Positions 17,923 through 29,738 are shown, counted from the stretch's first letter. The stretch is 64,000 nucleotides of DNA from an uncultured bacterium (GCA_937958695.1 CALGNK010000003.1:1912-65911); one strand, 5' to 3'. The notes: generated from the letters alone by a model not told the origin. Numbers and translations: made by a program.

Positions 17923-20900
17923 TTACCACACTCCTTTTACCCTAGACCCCCTCTCATCCTTCTCAACCTCAATCCTATAAGGAAATCTACTTGCAAGTTC
18001 CTTATTGTGAGTTATTATTCCAATCATAATGCCAGAATTTTCCAATTCTGCTAGAGCAGATACCACATTGTCTAAGCCTGTATCATCCAAAGCACCAAAA
18101 CCTTCATCTATAAAAAGACAATCAACAGAACGCTTTCCCCTAATCTCTTCTGCTATAGCTATAGCCAGTGATATAGAGGCTAAGAAGCTCTCTCCTCCAG
18201 AAAGCGAATAGGTCTTACGTCTCTGGTCTGGATACCAATTATCATTTATAACTATATCGGCCGATTCATCTGAAGCAAGAGAAAATGTATATCTACCCTG
18301 TGTAAGAGAACTTAACTGAACAGAAGCCCTATCTATAATACTTTCCATAACTTCTCTCATAAGGAACTCAGGAAACTTATTTTCACTTAAAGCATCATCA
18401 ATTATACTATAATAACTTAAACTCTTTTCTAATTCCCTCTTTTTTGCAGATAAATCCTCTACTAGAAAAAGATTCTCTTTAGCAATCTTGACTTGATTTT
18501 CTAAAGACCCAATCTCCCTAGTTACCAAAGCTATCTTCTCTTCTAACTCTTTCAGAGAGTTTAGCTTTGAGTTATATAGGTCTTTTATCAGATCTAACTC
18601 CTCTAGTTTATCAGGGTCCCTTCCCAATTTTATAATAGCCTCACGGAGCCTCGATATCTCATCTTTAATAAGATTCTGCTTCGCTGTAAATTCATTAAAT
18701 TCCTTTCTTATTCTCTCTATATATAACCTATCAACCTTAATCTTATTAAGCTCATCTAAAGAGAGACCTATAGATTGGCACCGAGACTCAATTTCTTTTC
18801 TTCTAGCATCTATCTCTTCCTTTAAAAGGATTAGTTTATCTCTTAATTCTGCAATCTCTAAATCTATCTTTTCTATTCTAGACCTACCTGTTTCTATCGA
18901 AGTCTTGCTTGTCAAGATAATCTTATTAGCGGAATCTAAAAGCTTTTGGTACTTATTCTTTAACTCTTGAGATTCTCTTAAAAAGTTACGAGTTAAGAAA
19001 TCTTCCCATTTTATATTAGTCTTAGAAATTGCATCTAACATTAATCTTTCTTGCCTTTCTAATTCTAGAGACTCTTTCTCTAACTGGGTCCTAAGAGAGT
19101 TAATAGCAGTAACTTCTTTATCAAAAATAGCTCTCTTTTCATTAACCTTTGTAACCTTAATTGTCCTTTCTTTCTCTGCATTATTTATTAAACTTTCCAA
19201 TTCTTCTTTTTCTTTCTCAATTTCAGAACTTATAAATACATAATCAATAACATAACCCCTACCAAAGTGCTTCTCTAAGATATTGCGAATATGTACTTCT
19301 ATTTTGTCTATCTCTCCTTCAAGATTTCTTATAGAATCGCTTATAAGTCTTAATTCTTCATCTATCTGCTTCGATCTTGACTCTAGACCCGAAAACCTTC
19401 TAAAGAATTCCTGCCAGATCTTCTTTTTTTCTTGATAAAGAGATAATAACTCATCTAGCTCCCTCTTATCTTTGACCTTCTGAGGCAGCTCCTTTATAGT
19501 ATTACCGCATATTGGGCAGGTATCACCTACAGATAAAGAATTGATTATTCTCTGTAGATGAGAATCCTCTATAAATCTTTCTAAACTATTCAGCTCATCA
19601 GTTAGCATATTGAGGGTATTCTCTATAGACCCTAGCTCTAGTTCTAAATCTTTTCTTTCCCCTTCTAACTTTATCTTCTTTTCTCTATATTCAGTTAATC
19701 CTTCTCTTTTGTTATTTAAGAGCTTTATCTCTTCTGCTATATTACTAAGCTCTTCCCAAACCTTAGACCTTTCCTCTAGCTTATCTTTTAATAATTTTAT
19801 CTTTTTATCACAAGCTTCAACCTCAGAGAGGATCTCCTTTATCTCTCTATCTAGCAAAAGTAACTCTTCCTCCCTGACTTTTATCTCCTCCCAAGCCTTA
19901 GTTATTCTTTTTTTATCAAATTCCAATGCTCTAATAGACTCAGCCAAAGGAGTAAGCTCTAATAAGGCTTCGGCATACTTAATATGTTCTAGATACTCCT
20001 CAACCTTCTTTTCTTCCACTTCTATAGTTTTACTCCAATTCTCTATATTTCTCTCTATCTCTAATCTTTCCTTTTTTAGAGATTCTACTCTGGACTTCTT
20101 GTCCGAAAGATCTTTAATACTATTTGAAAGAGGAATCGCATCAATCTGAATCTGATATATAATCTCTAATCTATCCGTCTTTTCCTTCTCTTTCCTCAGC
20201 CATTCTAATCTAGAAATAACATCTTGATAGTTCTTCTTAGCAGAGATTAGATTAGAAAAGAAGCTTATTGTATCCCTTAAGGACTCAACCTCTTTAGAAA
20301 TCTCCTGTCTATCTTTATCTAGATGTTTAAGTACATCCTCCTTTTCTCTTAAATCTTTTTCTAAAGCCCTTATGTATTCCTTGTTGTAAGATTTTAATTC
20401 TCCTTCCAATCTACTCGAGATAAATTGAATCTCTTTAGAGATATCTTTACACCTCTGGTTTGCAAGTCTCTTTACCTCTTTATAAACATCTAAGCCAAGA
20501 AGTTTTTGTAAGACCTGTCTTCTTTCTGAAAAAGCCTCACTGCTAGGAGGTTTAAGAAATCTATCTATCTGATTTTGAGGGAGAATCACTGTCCTAGTAA
20601 ATGTCTCATAATCCATGCCTAAAAGACTCTCTATTAGGGCATTTACCTCCCTATTTCTCTTGACACCAAGAGGTATAGTCTTATCATCCACAATCTCATA
20701 GATATTTGCCTGTTGCGACTTTCCTCTAACTAGTTCTCTTTTTACTAGAAATATCCTATCTCCAACCCTAAAACTAAGGGATAGAGAAAGCCTATTTGAA
20801 TTATGATTTATGATATCTTCTTCTGCACTTATCCTTCTTCCAGCATATCTAGGAATCTTACCATAAAGGGCATAGACTATTCCATCTAAAATAGACGACT

Positions 20901-21012
20901 TTCCAGCCCCATTAGGGCCTGATATACAGAATACATTAGCTTTAGTAAAGTCTACAGACTGAGGACTACTGTAAGATAGGAATCCTGCTAGCTCAATGCC
21001 CAGAATCCTCAT
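17923..21012 (-). CDS. sbcC: DNA double-strand-break repair ATPase SbcC (Rad50-like)
   Basis: N-terminal Walker [10 protein letters not shown], a long coiled coil, the zinc hook CPICG, and C-terminal LSGGESF...[11 protein letters not shown]. Confidence 0.85.
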   Translation of the reverse strand: MRILGIELAGFLSYSSPQSVDFTKANVFCISGPNGAGKSSILDGIVYALYGKIPRYAGRRISAEEDIINHNSNRLSLSLSFRVGDRIFLVKRELVRGKSQQANIYEIVDDKTIPLGVKRNREVNALIESLLGMDYETFTRTVILPQNQIDRFLKPPSSEAFSERRQVLQKLLGLDVYKEVKRLANQRCKDISKEIQFISSRLEGELKSYNKEYIRALEKDLREKEDVLKHLDKDRQEISKEVESLRDTISFFSNLISAKKNYQDVISRLEWLRKEKEKTDRLEIIYQIQIDAIPLSNSIKDLSDKKSRVESLKKERLEIERNIENWSKTIEVEEKKVEEYLEHIKYAEALLELTPLAESIRALEFDKKRITKAWEEIKVREEELLLLDREIKEILSEVEACDKKIKLLKDKLEERSKVWEELSNIAEEIKLLNNKREGLTEYREKKIKLEGERKDLELELGSIENTLNMLTDELNSLERFIEDSHLQRIINSLSVGDTCPICGNTIKELPQKVKDKRELDELLSLYQEKKKIWQEFFRRFSGLESRSKQIDEELRLISDSIRNLEGEIDKIEVHIRNILEKHFGRGYVIDYVFISSEIEKEKEELESLINNAEKERTIKVTKVNEKRAIFDKEVTAINSLRTQLEKESLELERQERLMLDAISKTNIKWEDFLTRNFLRESQELKNKYQKLLDSANKIILTSKTSIETGRSRIEKIDLEIAELRDKLILLKEEIDARRKEIESRCQSIGLSLDELNKIKVDRLYIERIRKEFNEFTAKQNLIKDEISRLREAIIKLGRDPDKLEELDLIKDLYNSKLNSLKELEEKIALVTREIGSLENQVKIAKENLFLVEDLSAKKRELEKSLSYYSIIDDALSENKFPEFLMREVMESIIDRASVQLSSLTQGRYTFSLASDESADIVINDNWYPDQRRKTYSLSGGESFLASISLAIAIAEEIRGKRSVDCLFIDEGFGALDDTGLDNVVSALAELENSGIMIGIITHNKELASRFPYRIEVEKDERGSRVKGVW

Positions 21013-22129
21013 TTAAAACTGCCTCTCTGTAGAGATCTTCAAAAATCTTAACAACCTCTTCATCTACATTACCCTCCTTAAGGAGTAAATATTGAGAAAA
21101 TAGCTTTGATGGCTCTAGGGTAAGGTCAATCTGAGATTTATCTCTCCTTGGATTCTGATTATATACCGTTTCAACTTCTACACAATTAGGGATAAGTTGC
21201 TTTACCTTGCTTATAGGATTGTTTTCTAAGGTGTCCATATGTATCCTAGCCTTTATATATCCGTCAAAATCTCTGACCATAATTGCATTTGAATCTAACT
21301 GAGAAAATTTAAACTCTAGCTCCATAAGTTCTTTACAAGGTACTTCTATCCTCTCTACATTAACAATTCTATCTGGCTTTGCATCTATAATATTTACACA
21401 TTTCTTATCATCAGCTTCACTAAAATCTATCCTTATAATGGAACCACAGTAATAAGCTGGAACAGGGCTACTTGGGATGTTCTGTGGTTTATGTGCATGT
21501 CCTAAAGCTACATAGTGGGCTCTATTTGGAAACCAAGAAGGTGGAATAGCGAAGTTAGAAGAGAATGAGAGTTTAACTGCACTTCCCAATAAAGCACCTT
21601 CAACAAATATGTGTGCTAACAAGACATTAATTGAATTTGGCATAAATCTCTGATTAATCCTTTCTAGATACCTATGAATGAACTCCCCTAACTTTTCTTT
21701 CCTGCTAGAGTCATCCCCAATATGAAGAAAGTCTCTCTCCCAGAAATATGGAAAAGAACCTACACACAAAATCTCCCCTCTTCTTGTTCTAAAGGATTTT
21801 GTCCCCAATTCAGTTAAAAAATGGACGTTAGAAGAGGAGGAAAAGATTCCTAAACTTACCTCTAACTCTTTCCAATCGTGATTTCCGGAAACAATTATAA
21901 CATTTCTATCCTTTTCTCCCAGCCTCTGCAATATCTCTGAGGTCCTACGAAGGTCATCACCCTTTGGCATCTTATGTTCAAATAGATCTCCTGCTATAAG
22001 AACAACATCTATATCCTCTTTTTCTACAACATCGACTATAAATTCTATAGACCTAAAGACCTCTTCAGTTCTATCTATGCCCCATCTACTTATACCTATA
22101 TGCCAATCTCCAGTATGCAGTATCCTCAT
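20993..22129 (-). CDS. sbcD: nuclease SbcD (Mre11-like phosphoesterase)
   Basis: MRILHTGDWHIG and GNHD calcineurin-like motifs. It overlaps sbcC by 20 nt. Confidence 0.85.
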   Translation of the reverse strand: MRILHTGDWHIGISRWGIDRTEEVFRSIEFIVDVVEKEDIDVVLIAGDLFEHKMPKGDDLRRTSEILQRLGEKDRNVIIVSGNHDWKELEVSLGIFSSSSNVHFLTELGTKSFRTRRGEILCVGSFPYFWERDFLHIGDDSSRKEKLGEFIHRYLERINQRFMPNSINVLLAHIFVEGALLGSAVKLSFSSNFAIPPSWFPNRAHYVALGHAHKPQNIPSSPVPAYYCGSIIRIDFSEADDKKCVNIIDAKPDRIVNVERIEVPCKELMELEFKFSQLDSNAIMVRDFDGYIKARIHMDTLENNPISKVKQLIPNCVEVETVYNQNPRRDKSQIDLTLEPSKLFSQYLLLKEGNVDEEVVKIFEDLYREAVLNEDSGH

Positions 22130-22174
22130 TTCTCTTAAGAAAGGGTGGCTTAGTAGCCACCCTTAGTTAAAGAA

Positions 22175-23212
22175 TTATAACCTTACCTCTTTTCCTGTTC
22201 TAGCAGACTCATAGATAGCATCTATTATCTGCATATCTATGACTCCCTCTTCTCCTTTGGGCATGGGCTCTGTACCTTCTTGGATACATTTAACAAAGTG
22301 CTTTATCTCCTCTACATATAAGTTGACCTTTTCAATCCTAGGGATAATCTCTACATACTTACCAGCCATCTCAGTAAAGACCTTTGGAGGCATCATTTCT
22401 GCTCCACCCTTATCGCCTAGCAGGGTACAGTAAGATGTATCCTTTTCTATGTTACTTGCCCAGCTCATCTCTACAAAAATAGTAGCCCCATTCTCAAGTC
22501 CTACAATGGCACACCCTAAGTCCTCTACGTCAAACTTTCCTCCCGGCTCAGGAATACCCCATCCACCTCTTCTCTTATCAAAAGGACCAAACTTAGCATA
22601 TGTATAACCCTTTACAGAAACAGGCTTAGGATGGTCCATAAACCACATAGCTAAATCCAAGAAGTGAGGAGCAAGGTCAATAAGTGGTCCTCCACCAGAT
22701 TTATCCTTATTAGTAAACCAACTGCCCATCCCAGGTATTCCAGAAAGTCTTAGGATTCCAACCTTGGCATAGTATATATTACCTAGATAACCTTGTCTTA
22801 TAAATTCTTTTATGGTCTTTGCCTCGTCAGAAAACCTCCAACAGAGAGCTACCATTAGAGTTTTCTTTGTAGCTTTAGCAGTATCAACCATCTTCTGTGC
22901 CTCTTGAGCATTTATAGCCATCGGTTTTTCGCACAAGACATTTACTCCAGCATTAAGAGCATCTACGGTCATAGGTGAATGTAGATAGTTAGGTGTACAT
23001 ATACTTACAGCTGTAAGATCTTCTTTTTCTAGCATCTCTTTGTAATCGGTATAGTATCTAGGAATACCAAACATCTCTGATGCCTGTCTGGCTCTTTCTT
23101 CTACTATATCCGCTACAGCAACTACCTTTACATCTGGTATCGCCTGATAGGCTTGTAGATGAACTTTTCCTATGCTTCCTGCTCCTATTACTCCTACTTT
23201 TATCTCTTTCAT
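22175..23212 (-). CDS. Gfo/Idh/MocA-family NAD(P)-dependent oxidoreductase
   Basis: Rossmann motif VGVIGAGSIGKVH and the EKP motif (VLCEKPMA). Confidence 0.8.
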   Translation of the reverse strand: MKEIKVGVIGAGSIGKVHLQAYQAIPDVKVVAVADIVEERARQASEMFGIPRYYTDYKEMLEKEDLTAVSICTPNYLHSPMTVDALNAGVNVLCEKPMAINAQEAQKMVDTAKATKKTLMVALCWRFSDEAKTIKEFIRQGYLGNIYYAKVGILRLSGIPGMGSWFTNKDKSGGGPLIDLAPHFLDLAMWFMDHPKPVSVKGYTYAKFGPFDKRRGGWGIPEPGGKFDVEDLGCAIVGLENGATIFVEMSWASNIEKDTSYCTLLGDKGGAEMMPPKVFTEMAGKYVEIIPRIEKVNLYVEEIKHFVKCIQEGTEPMPKGEEGVIDMQIIDAIYESARTGKEVRL

Positions 23213-23222
23213 AGTCTCCCTC

Positions 23223-24137
23223 CTATAATTCTGCCCAGGCTTCTATAAGAGTCCTTTTAGCATTAGCTATTACTGCCTTTGGATTCTCCCATGGCAACGG
23301 TTTTACCTCAAAACTTACTATTGGTTTATCATTATCTTCGAAAAATCCAACATCAAAAAGTGCCTTCAAAAAATCTCTCACCTCTTTTACTCCATTTTCT
23401 CCACCCTTTATACCAAATCTGGGATGCTGGTCTCCATACCCTAGGAGAGATTTATCTTTTATAATACAGTTACCTAGATGAACATGGGTTACATAACCAG
23501 CGGTAGTATATACTGCATCTCTTATAGATTCATAATACTGTGGAAAATGACTTAGGTCTATAAGAAGTCCAAAGTTATCTTTACGTTCTCTCCTCACTCT
23601 TTGAGCTATCTCTCTAGCAACTATAGAAGGACCAACTAGACTATTCTTCTCTACATCAAAATCAAATACTTCTAGCTCTATCCTTAGATTTCCATGCAAC
23701 TTAGCATAATCGCAAAGTTCACATATAGATTTAACTAGAGCCTCTTTAGCCTGCTCTCTCTTTTCTGAACCAGGATCCTTTCCAGCTAGAAAACCTACCC
23801 CAACTGCACCCATATATTCAGCCTCTTCTATTGCCTTCTTTACCTCCTCTACAGCTCTAAGTCTAGCAGTTTCATCCAAACTAGATATATCTAGGTTCTG
23901 GGTTAGAAGTCTAGGCTGAGCACCATAAGCTATAGTCATTCCACTTGTCTCAAGAAGCTTCTTAGCTTCTTCCCTTATCTTTTCATCCTTGATCCAGGAA
24001 ATCTCTACAGCAGAGAAAAATTCATCACTTACTATCTCCTCTAGTGTTTCTAATATAGGACCCTCGCCACGCATAGTCTGAGGGAAAGCCATAAAATGTA
24101 TTAGCCCTGGTTTAAAATACCTTTGAAATAGTTCCAT
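23223..24137 (-). CDS. sugar phosphate isomerase/epimerase (xylose-isomerase-like TIM barrel)
   Basis: 304 aa with features of the AP-endonuclease-2 / XylA-like TIM-barrel family. It is adjacent to the Gfo/Idh/MocA dehydrogenase. Confidence 0.65.
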   Translation of the reverse strand: MELFQRYFKPGLIHFMAFPQTMRGEGPILETLEEIVSDEFFSAVEISWIKDEKIREEAKKLLETSGMTIAYGAQPRLLTQNLDISSLDETARLRAVEEVKKAIEEAEYMGAVGVGFLAGKDPGSEKREQAKEALVKSICELCDYAKLHGNLRIELEVFDFDVEKNSLVGPSIVAREIAQRVRRERKDNFGLLIDLSHFPQYYESIRDAVYTTAGYVTHVHLGNCIIKDKSLLGYGDQHPRFGIKGGENGVKEVRDFLKALFDVGFFEDNDKPIVSFEVKPLPWENPKAVIANAKRTLIEAWAEL

Positions 24138-24162
24138 TCTAAATCAACACCTCCTGTGTATT

Positions 24163-24657
24163 TTAATAGTATGATACCCTTCCTTCAAGAAGGTCTATAG
24201 CATACTGAGCAGGGTTTGCCAAATCGCTTTTAGGATATTTATCTACCAATTTCTGATATTCCTTTACAGCCTTCTCTTTTTCTCCCATATGCTCGTAACA
24301 CTGGGCTACATCAAACTGAGCATCGTCTGCCCACTCACTCTTTGGGTTCCTCTCTATAAATTTGGTTAATTCCTCTATAGCCTTCTCTAATTCTCCATCT
24401 ACAAATAGCTGTCTAATCTTTTCATACTCTATCTGCTCTGGAGACTTCTTTTCCTCTTTACTCTCCTCCTTAGAAGTAGACTCTGTAGCAGACTTGGTAT
24501 TAGATTGAACAGTCTGAGTTGTCTCTCCCTTCATAGGACCCAAAGATTGTTGATTGGGAGGATTTTTTATCTGGGTGATCCATAATACAAGGGCTATTAC
24601 CAAGAGGATAGCCACAGTAACTATAAATCTAGTCGTCCTACCTGACACAATACACAC
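24163..24657 (-). CDS. membrane-anchored TPR-repeat protein (YbgF/BamD-like)
   Basis: An N-terminal transmembrane helix, a Ser/Thr/Glu/Lys-rich linker, and C-terminal tetratricopeptide repeats (AQFDVAQCYEHMGEKEKAVKEYQKLVDKYPKS). The start is a GTG. Confidence 0.5.
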   Translation of the reverse strand: MCIVSGRTTRFIVTVAILLVIALVLWITQIKNPPNQQSLGPMKGETTQTVQSNTKSATESTSKEESKEEKKSPEQIEYEKIRQLFVDGELEKAIEELTKFIERNPKSEWADDAQFDVAQCYEHMGEKEKAVKEYQKLVDKYPKSDLANPAQYAIDLLEGRVSYY

Positions 24658-24660
24658 CTC

Positions 24661-25956
24661 CTATCCTTTAGATACAACTGTAAGTTCTGGGATACATATA
24701 TAAGGGGAATAAAGGCTTCCTTCTATCCATTCCCTCTCCTTACTTAAACCAGCAATATTACTTAAAGCATTGTACGCATTACCTGCCAACATAGAATCTT
24801 TAACCCTTCCTACTATTTCTCCCTTTTTACACAAGAATCCTAGGTGTATGTTTACAGAAAATTCTCCACTAAGAATATTGCCCTGTCCCACCCCCATCAT
24901 TTGGTCAACTATTAATACTTCATCAAATGAGGATAGGATCTCATTAATACTACTCTCTCCAGGGCTTATTATAATATTGGTAAGTCCCGGGGAAGGTTGT
25001 CCCAAACCACCTCTAAATCCATGGCCATTTGGCTCTTTACCTAATAAGGATGCGGTATGTAAATCGAAATAGAACTCTCCAACAATCCCTGAGTCTACTA
25101 GAGGCAAAACCTTTGTAGGGGTTCCTTCATCATCAAAAGAGGTCATAGATAGCCCTTCAGGATTATTAGGATCATCTACAAGTGTGAATTTTTCATCAAA
25201 AACCTTTTTCCCTACCTTATCCTGGAGAGGTGAGGCTCCCATAAGCAATATCCTTCCGCTTAATGCAGACATAAGGGGAAGGAGTAAGACATAAACAGCC
25301 TTAGGAGTAAATACTACCGGAAGTCGAGATTTAGATGGCTTTACTATATTCTTGCTAGACTCTAAAGCATAGATTATCTTAGAGATTAATCTATCTATAT
25401 CCAATCTATCTAGTCTCTTTACAGCAGTCTCTTCATACACATCTAACATATCTGTTCCTTTTATCCTATTCACATGAACTCCGACTGTAAGCGAGACTTT
25501 CTTTCTAAGACAGTCTATGCGCTTAGTATTTACTATCAAAGACTCTCCGTGATTTTTACCTATCTCTACATTACATATAACATCAGGATAGGAACTAAGG
25601 ATATTATCTACTATGCCCTTCCCTAATTTAGTTAAGTCTTCAATTGATATGTTTTCTATAGCACTATCATAAGCATCTTCCTTTATAGCTGTATCTGAGG
25701 GTAACTGCATCTTAGTCTCTATATTAGCAGTGGCTTTAGCCTTCTCTAAAAGCCAATCAGGCTCATAAATACCATATTGACTTGCATAGCCTATTTTATT
25801 ATCTATAAGTACCCTAAGCCCTATTCCAGAGCTTTCACTAGACTCTATAGATTTTAGCCTATTTGCCTCAAAGGTAACTATTGTAGAGGTACCTCTTCTA
25901 ACGAATATATCCCCCTCTATAGATTCCATTCTAAGCCTTTCAATTAGCTCTTCCAT
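24661..25956 (-). CDS. pmbA: TldE/PmbA-family metalloprotease-modulator protein
   Basis: 431 aa, paired with the adjacent TldD as in the TldD/TldE heterodimer, with the C-terminal glycine-rich PmbA_TldD region. Confidence 0.75.
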   Translation of the reverse strand: MEELIERLRMESIEGDIFVRRGTSTIVTFEANRLKSIESSESSGIGLRVLIDNKIGYASQYGIYEPDWLLEKAKATANIETKMQLPSDTAIKEDAYDSAIENISIEDLTKLGKGIVDNILSSYPDVICNVEIGKNHGESLIVNTKRIDCLRKKVSLTVGVHVNRIKGTDMLDVYEETAVKRLDRLDIDRLISKIIYALESSKNIVKPSKSRLPVVFTPKAVYVLLLPLMSALSGRILLMGASPLQDKVGKKVFDEKFTLVDDPNNPEGLSMTSFDDEGTPTKVLPLVDSGIVGEFYFDLHTASLLGKEPNGHGFRGGLGQPSPGLTNIIISPGESSINEILSSFDEVLIVDQMMGVGQGNILSGEFSVNIHLGFLCKKGEIVGRVKDSMLAGNAYNALSNIAGLSKEREWIEGSLYSPYICIPELTVVSKG

Positions 25957-25958
25957 AA

Positions 25959-27335
25959 CTATCTTCCCCCTATAACCACATTTCTTATCCTAATATGAGG
26001 ACTCCCAGTGGAAACAGGAAGAGGGGATTGGCCTCCTTTCCCACATCCACCTCCTTGGCTAAACTTTAAATCATTACCAATTCCTTCTATGTTTTGCAGT
26101 GTAACAAATACATTACCAGTTAATACAACGTCTCTTACCATATCTCCTATCTTCCCATTTTCAATAATATATCCTTCCTGAGCACTGAATGTAAACATCT
26201 CCATAGAGGTTTGTCCACCATAAGCCCCAACAGCATATATACCATATTTTATATCAGATATAAGTTCTTCAAAGGAATAATTCTCCGGCTCTATGTAAGT
26301 ATTACTCATCCTTACTATAGGCTGGAATCTATAATTTATAGCCCTAGCGTTACCTGTTATTCTCTCTCCCATCTTCTTTGCGGTCTCCCTAGAGTGAAGT
26401 CTTCCAACCAGAACTCCATCCTTTATAAGATATGTCTTTCCCGCTAAGACTCCCTCGTCATCATACTTATAAGAACCTCTTAGCCCTTGATAGGTAGGGT
26501 CATCAACAACATTAAGAAAATCTGGTCCAAATTTCTTGCCTATAACCATAAGCTCTTTGAGTCTTTCATTTTCATATACATGATCCGCCTCACTGAGATG
26601 ACCAAATGCCTCATGGATAAATACCCCTGCAAGTCTTTGATCTAAGACTACCGTATACTCTCCACCCTTAACCACTGGGGCTGAGAGCAGTTTAACTGCC
26701 ATCTCTGCAGTATGAAGAGCTTCATTATGAAGGTCTTCTATAATCTGGAAACCACCTATGCCTCCGGTAGAAAAATGATACTGCTCAACCAGGTCACCCT
26801 CTTTGGCAATTGCAACTAAAACCCCGGCTATATCTCCCCTTTCTTGAACTATATCTACACCTTCAGTGTTAAAAAAATATCTCTTAGTGAAACGATCATT
26901 GTATCTAACTTGAGTACTCTGAATCTTAGGATTAAAGGAAAGCATAATATTGTTATATTCACTTAAAAGCCTCTTCTTCTCTTCGAGAGGAACCCCCCTA
27001 AAATCTTTTTCCATAGGAATTACAACTCTATCTACAACTGGACCTGAGTATTCAATATCTAGGTCTTCACCTAGAATAAGGTTACTCGCCCTATAAGCTT
27101 GATCAAAGTAGTCTCTTATACTCTTAGGATTAATCTCATTAAAAGATACAAATCCCCACCCATACCTACCAAGAATTCTGATATTTCCTCCCTTAGACTT
27201 AGATACAGAAAGCTCTTCTAGGTCTTTTCCCCTAAAACTTATACTCGTTATTTCAGACTCTTCTACCCTTAGCTCTCCGTATCTGACATCCTTTTCTTTA
27301 GACAGTTTAAGAAATATCTCCTTTATTTCCTCCAA
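25959..27335 (-). CDS. tldD: TldD-family zinc metalloprotease
   Basis: HEAFGHLSEADH (HExxxH) motif and the C-terminal GGxGxG-rich region. TTG start. Confidence 0.8.
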   Translation of the reverse strand: MEEIKEIFLKLSKEKDVRYGELRVEESEITSISFRGKDLEELSVSKSKGGNIRILGRYGWGFVSFNEINPKSIRDYFDQAYRASNLILGEDLDIEYSGPVVDRVVIPMEKDFRGVPLEEKKRLLSEYNNIMLSFNPKIQSTQVRYNDRFTKRYFFNTEGVDIVQERGDIAGVLVAIAKEGDLVEQYHFSTGGIGGFQIIEDLHNEALHTAEMAVKLLSAPVVKGGEYTVVLDQRLAGVFIHEAFGHLSEADHVYENERLKELMVIGKKFGPDFLNVVDDPTYQGLRGSYKYDDEGVLAGKTYLIKDGVLVGRLHSRETAKKMGERITGNARAINYRFQPIVRMSNTYIEPENYSFEELISDIKYGIYAVGAYGGQTSMEMFTFSAQEGYIIENGKIGDMVRDVVLTGNVFVTLQNIEGIGNDLKFSQGGGCGKGGQSPLPVSTGSPHIRIRNVVIGGR

Positions 27336-27376
27336 CTTAGTCCTCCTTTATTAGGCTTACTATACTAATAAGTTTA

Positions 27377-29683
27377 TCATAGCCCTTTTAAATAGGCTAC
27401 GGTGACCCCCCATCCCCCTTCATAATATTCTCCAAGTCTAAAAGATTCTACCATCGGATGATTTTTAAGAAAACCTGCAACTGCCTTTCTTAAAACACCT
27501 TCCCCTTTACCGTGTATTATATAAACAGGAGAAATTCCTGCTAATACCGCATCGTCTATATACCTTTCTAACTTTTCTAGTGCCTCTTCTACTGTAAGCT
27601 GTCTTATAGAAAGTCTATTTGAGATATTCTGAGCTTTACTTCTTTTTATCTTTACTATGTTATCAATAGAAAATTCTTTATGAGTAGTCTTAGAAGAATA
27701 AAGTTCGTCTTTAGAAACATCTATTTTAGCCTTGCCCACAAGGACGGTAACCTTATCACCATTAATATCAACTATATCACCACTTTGTCCTAGAGATGGG
27801 ATAAAAACCGTCATTCCTATCTCTGGTCTTTCTATCCTATCCCCCTGTATTTCTAACTCTTCTTGGGCTGGTTCTAGTTCTCTTAGTTCGTCCTTTATTG
27901 AGACTATCTCTTTTTTGTTAGATACAGATTTCGCCTTTTCATAAAGTTCATCGAGACGAATCTTAGTTCTAACTACTAACTCTCTTGCCTCTTCTTTTGC
28001 CCTCCTTATTATACTCTTCTGCTGGAGAGAGATATCTTCTAGTAACTTCTCATATCTATTCTTTAACTCTTCATAATTATACCTTTCCCTTCTAGCCCTC
28101 TCCAGTTCTATCCTAAGATCCTTTTCCAACTGGTCTATCTGACTTAAAAGCTTATTAATTGTCAACTCATTACCAGAGAGAAAACTCTTAGCCCTATCTA
28201 TAATATACTCATCTAAACCTAACTTTCTTGCTATGACAAACGCATTACTTACTCCGGGTCTACCTATACGGAGTCTATAGGTGGGAAGGAATGTATCTGG
28301 ATCAAACTCCATAGCTCCATTTATAACCCTTTCGGTATTGCTAGCCCATACCTTCAGTTCATCATAGTGGCTTGCAACTATCACCTTTGCTCCTCTATCT
28401 CTTAAAACCTCTAAAATACTTATCGCTAACGCAGAACCTTCTCTTGGACTAGTACCAGTAATCGGTTCATCTATAAGAACTATAGTATCCTTATCTGCAT
28501 ATCTTATAAAAGGTATTATATGAGTAAGATGGGCAGAGAAACTACTGAGGTCCTGAATAATATTCTGCTCATCCCCTATCTCTACGAATACATCCTTAAA
28601 AATGCCCATCTCTGCAAAGCTTACTGGAAGATGTAGCCCTGATTGAGCCATCATAATAAATAGACCTATGGTCTTTAATGTAACTGTTTTCCCACCAGTA
28701 TTAGGACCACTTATTACCAGTATATCAAATTTATCTCCAATCTCTACATCTATAGGGACAGCTCTCTTACCCAAAATAGGATGTCTAGCAGACTTAAATC
28801 TCACTAATGGTTTATCTATCCAAACAGGAGCTGTACAATCCCAATTTAGAGATAATCTTGCCTTGGCAAAAGCGAAATCTATTCTTGCTATAGTATCTCT
28901 TGCTATAAGAAGCTCTTCACTGTAAGAAGCCACCTTAGCTGAAAGCTCCCTTAAGATTCTCTGTATCTCATACTCTTCCTCTTTCTTCAACTCTTGAAGA
29001 TTATTATTCATATCTATCACGTCATAGGGCTCGATAAAGAGTGTATTACCACTCTGCGATACATCATGGACAATACCTTTAATTGTCTTTTTATACGAAG
29101 ACTTTATAGGGATAACATACCTACTATTCCTTATCGTTATGTAACTTTCCTGAACCATGTCCTTCCAATCTTTAGTCATATGACTCTCAAGATATGACCT
29201 GATGGATTCTTCTAGCCTTAATATTCCTCTTCTTATAGCTATAAGTTTTGAAGAAGCGTTAGGTCTTATATTTCCATCATCATCTATAACCCTTCTAATA
29301 TCATCTTCTAACTGAGACAGATTTGGAAGTTTATCTGATATCTCTCTAAAGAAGGGACTTACTTTTATATATTTCTTTACTGCAGGTAATCTAGAGATAA
29401 AATTACATATATGCATTAATTCTAATGGTTCTAATATAATACCCAATCTCACCTTAGAGAGTATTGGAGATATATCTATCAATCCCAAAAGACTAGGAGG
29501 TGGTTCATAAGACATAAGTTTTTTTGCCTCTTCTGTCTCTGTAGAGATAGTAATAATCTCTTCTCTTATAGAAGAAGGCCTTAGGCTAAGAGCCATCTCC
29601 TTTCCCATAGGAGTTTCTGCTAATTCTCCTAATCTTTCTAACACAAAATCAAATTCGCATAGCTTTAGACTTCTCTCATTCAT
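27377..29683 (-). CDS. mutS2: endonuclease MutS2 (MutS domain plus C-terminal Smr)
   Basis: Walker A GPNTGGKTVTLKT, Walker B LIDEP, and the C-terminal Smr domain IIHGKGEGVLRKAV. Confidence 0.85.
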   Translation of the reverse strand: MNERSLKLCEFDFVLERLGELAETPMGKEMALSLRPSSIREEIITISTETEEAKKLMSYEPPPSLLGLIDISPILSKVRLGIILEPLELMHICNFISRLPAVKKYIKVSPFFREISDKLPNLSQLEDDIRRVIDDDGNIRPNASSKLIAIRRGILRLEESIRSYLESHMTKDWKDMVQESYITIRNSRYVIPIKSSYKKTIKGIVHDVSQSGNTLFIEPYDVIDMNNNLQELKKEEEYEIQRILRELSAKVASYSEELLIARDTIARIDFAFAKARLSLNWDCTAPVWIDKPLVRFKSARHPILGKRAVPIDVEIGDKFDILVISGPNTGGKTVTLKTIGLFIMMAQSGLHLPVSFAEMGIFKDVFVEIGDEQNIIQDLSSFSAHLTHIIPFIRYADKDTIVLIDEPITGTSPREGSALAISILEVLRDRGAKVIVASHYDELKVWASNTERVINGAMEFDPDTFLPTYRLRIGRPGVSNAFVIARKLGLDEYIIDRAKSFLSGNELTINKLLSQIDQLEKDLRIELERARRERYNYEELKNRYEKLLEDISLQQKSIIRRAKEEARELVVRTKIRLDELYEKAKSVSNKKEIVSIKDELRELEPAQEELEIQGDRIERPEIGMTVFIPSLGQSGDIVDINGDKVTVLVGKAKIDVSKDELYSSKTTHKEFSIDNIVKIKRSKAQNISNRLSIRQLTVEEALEKLERYIDDAVLAGISPVYIIHGKGEGVLRKAVAGFLKNHPMVESFRLGEYYEGGWGVTVAYLKGL

Positions 29684-29738
29684 AATAATTATTGTATCAT
29701 ATTATTGGTAAACTTAGATTTTCAAGGAGAGTAGAACT

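Noticed and set aside
19610-20149. 179-aa Ser/Leu-rich plus-strand ORF
   Set aside because: It is antisense to the sbcC coiled-coil region. Its low-complexity composition mirrors the K/E/L-rich sense strand, so it is not a gene.
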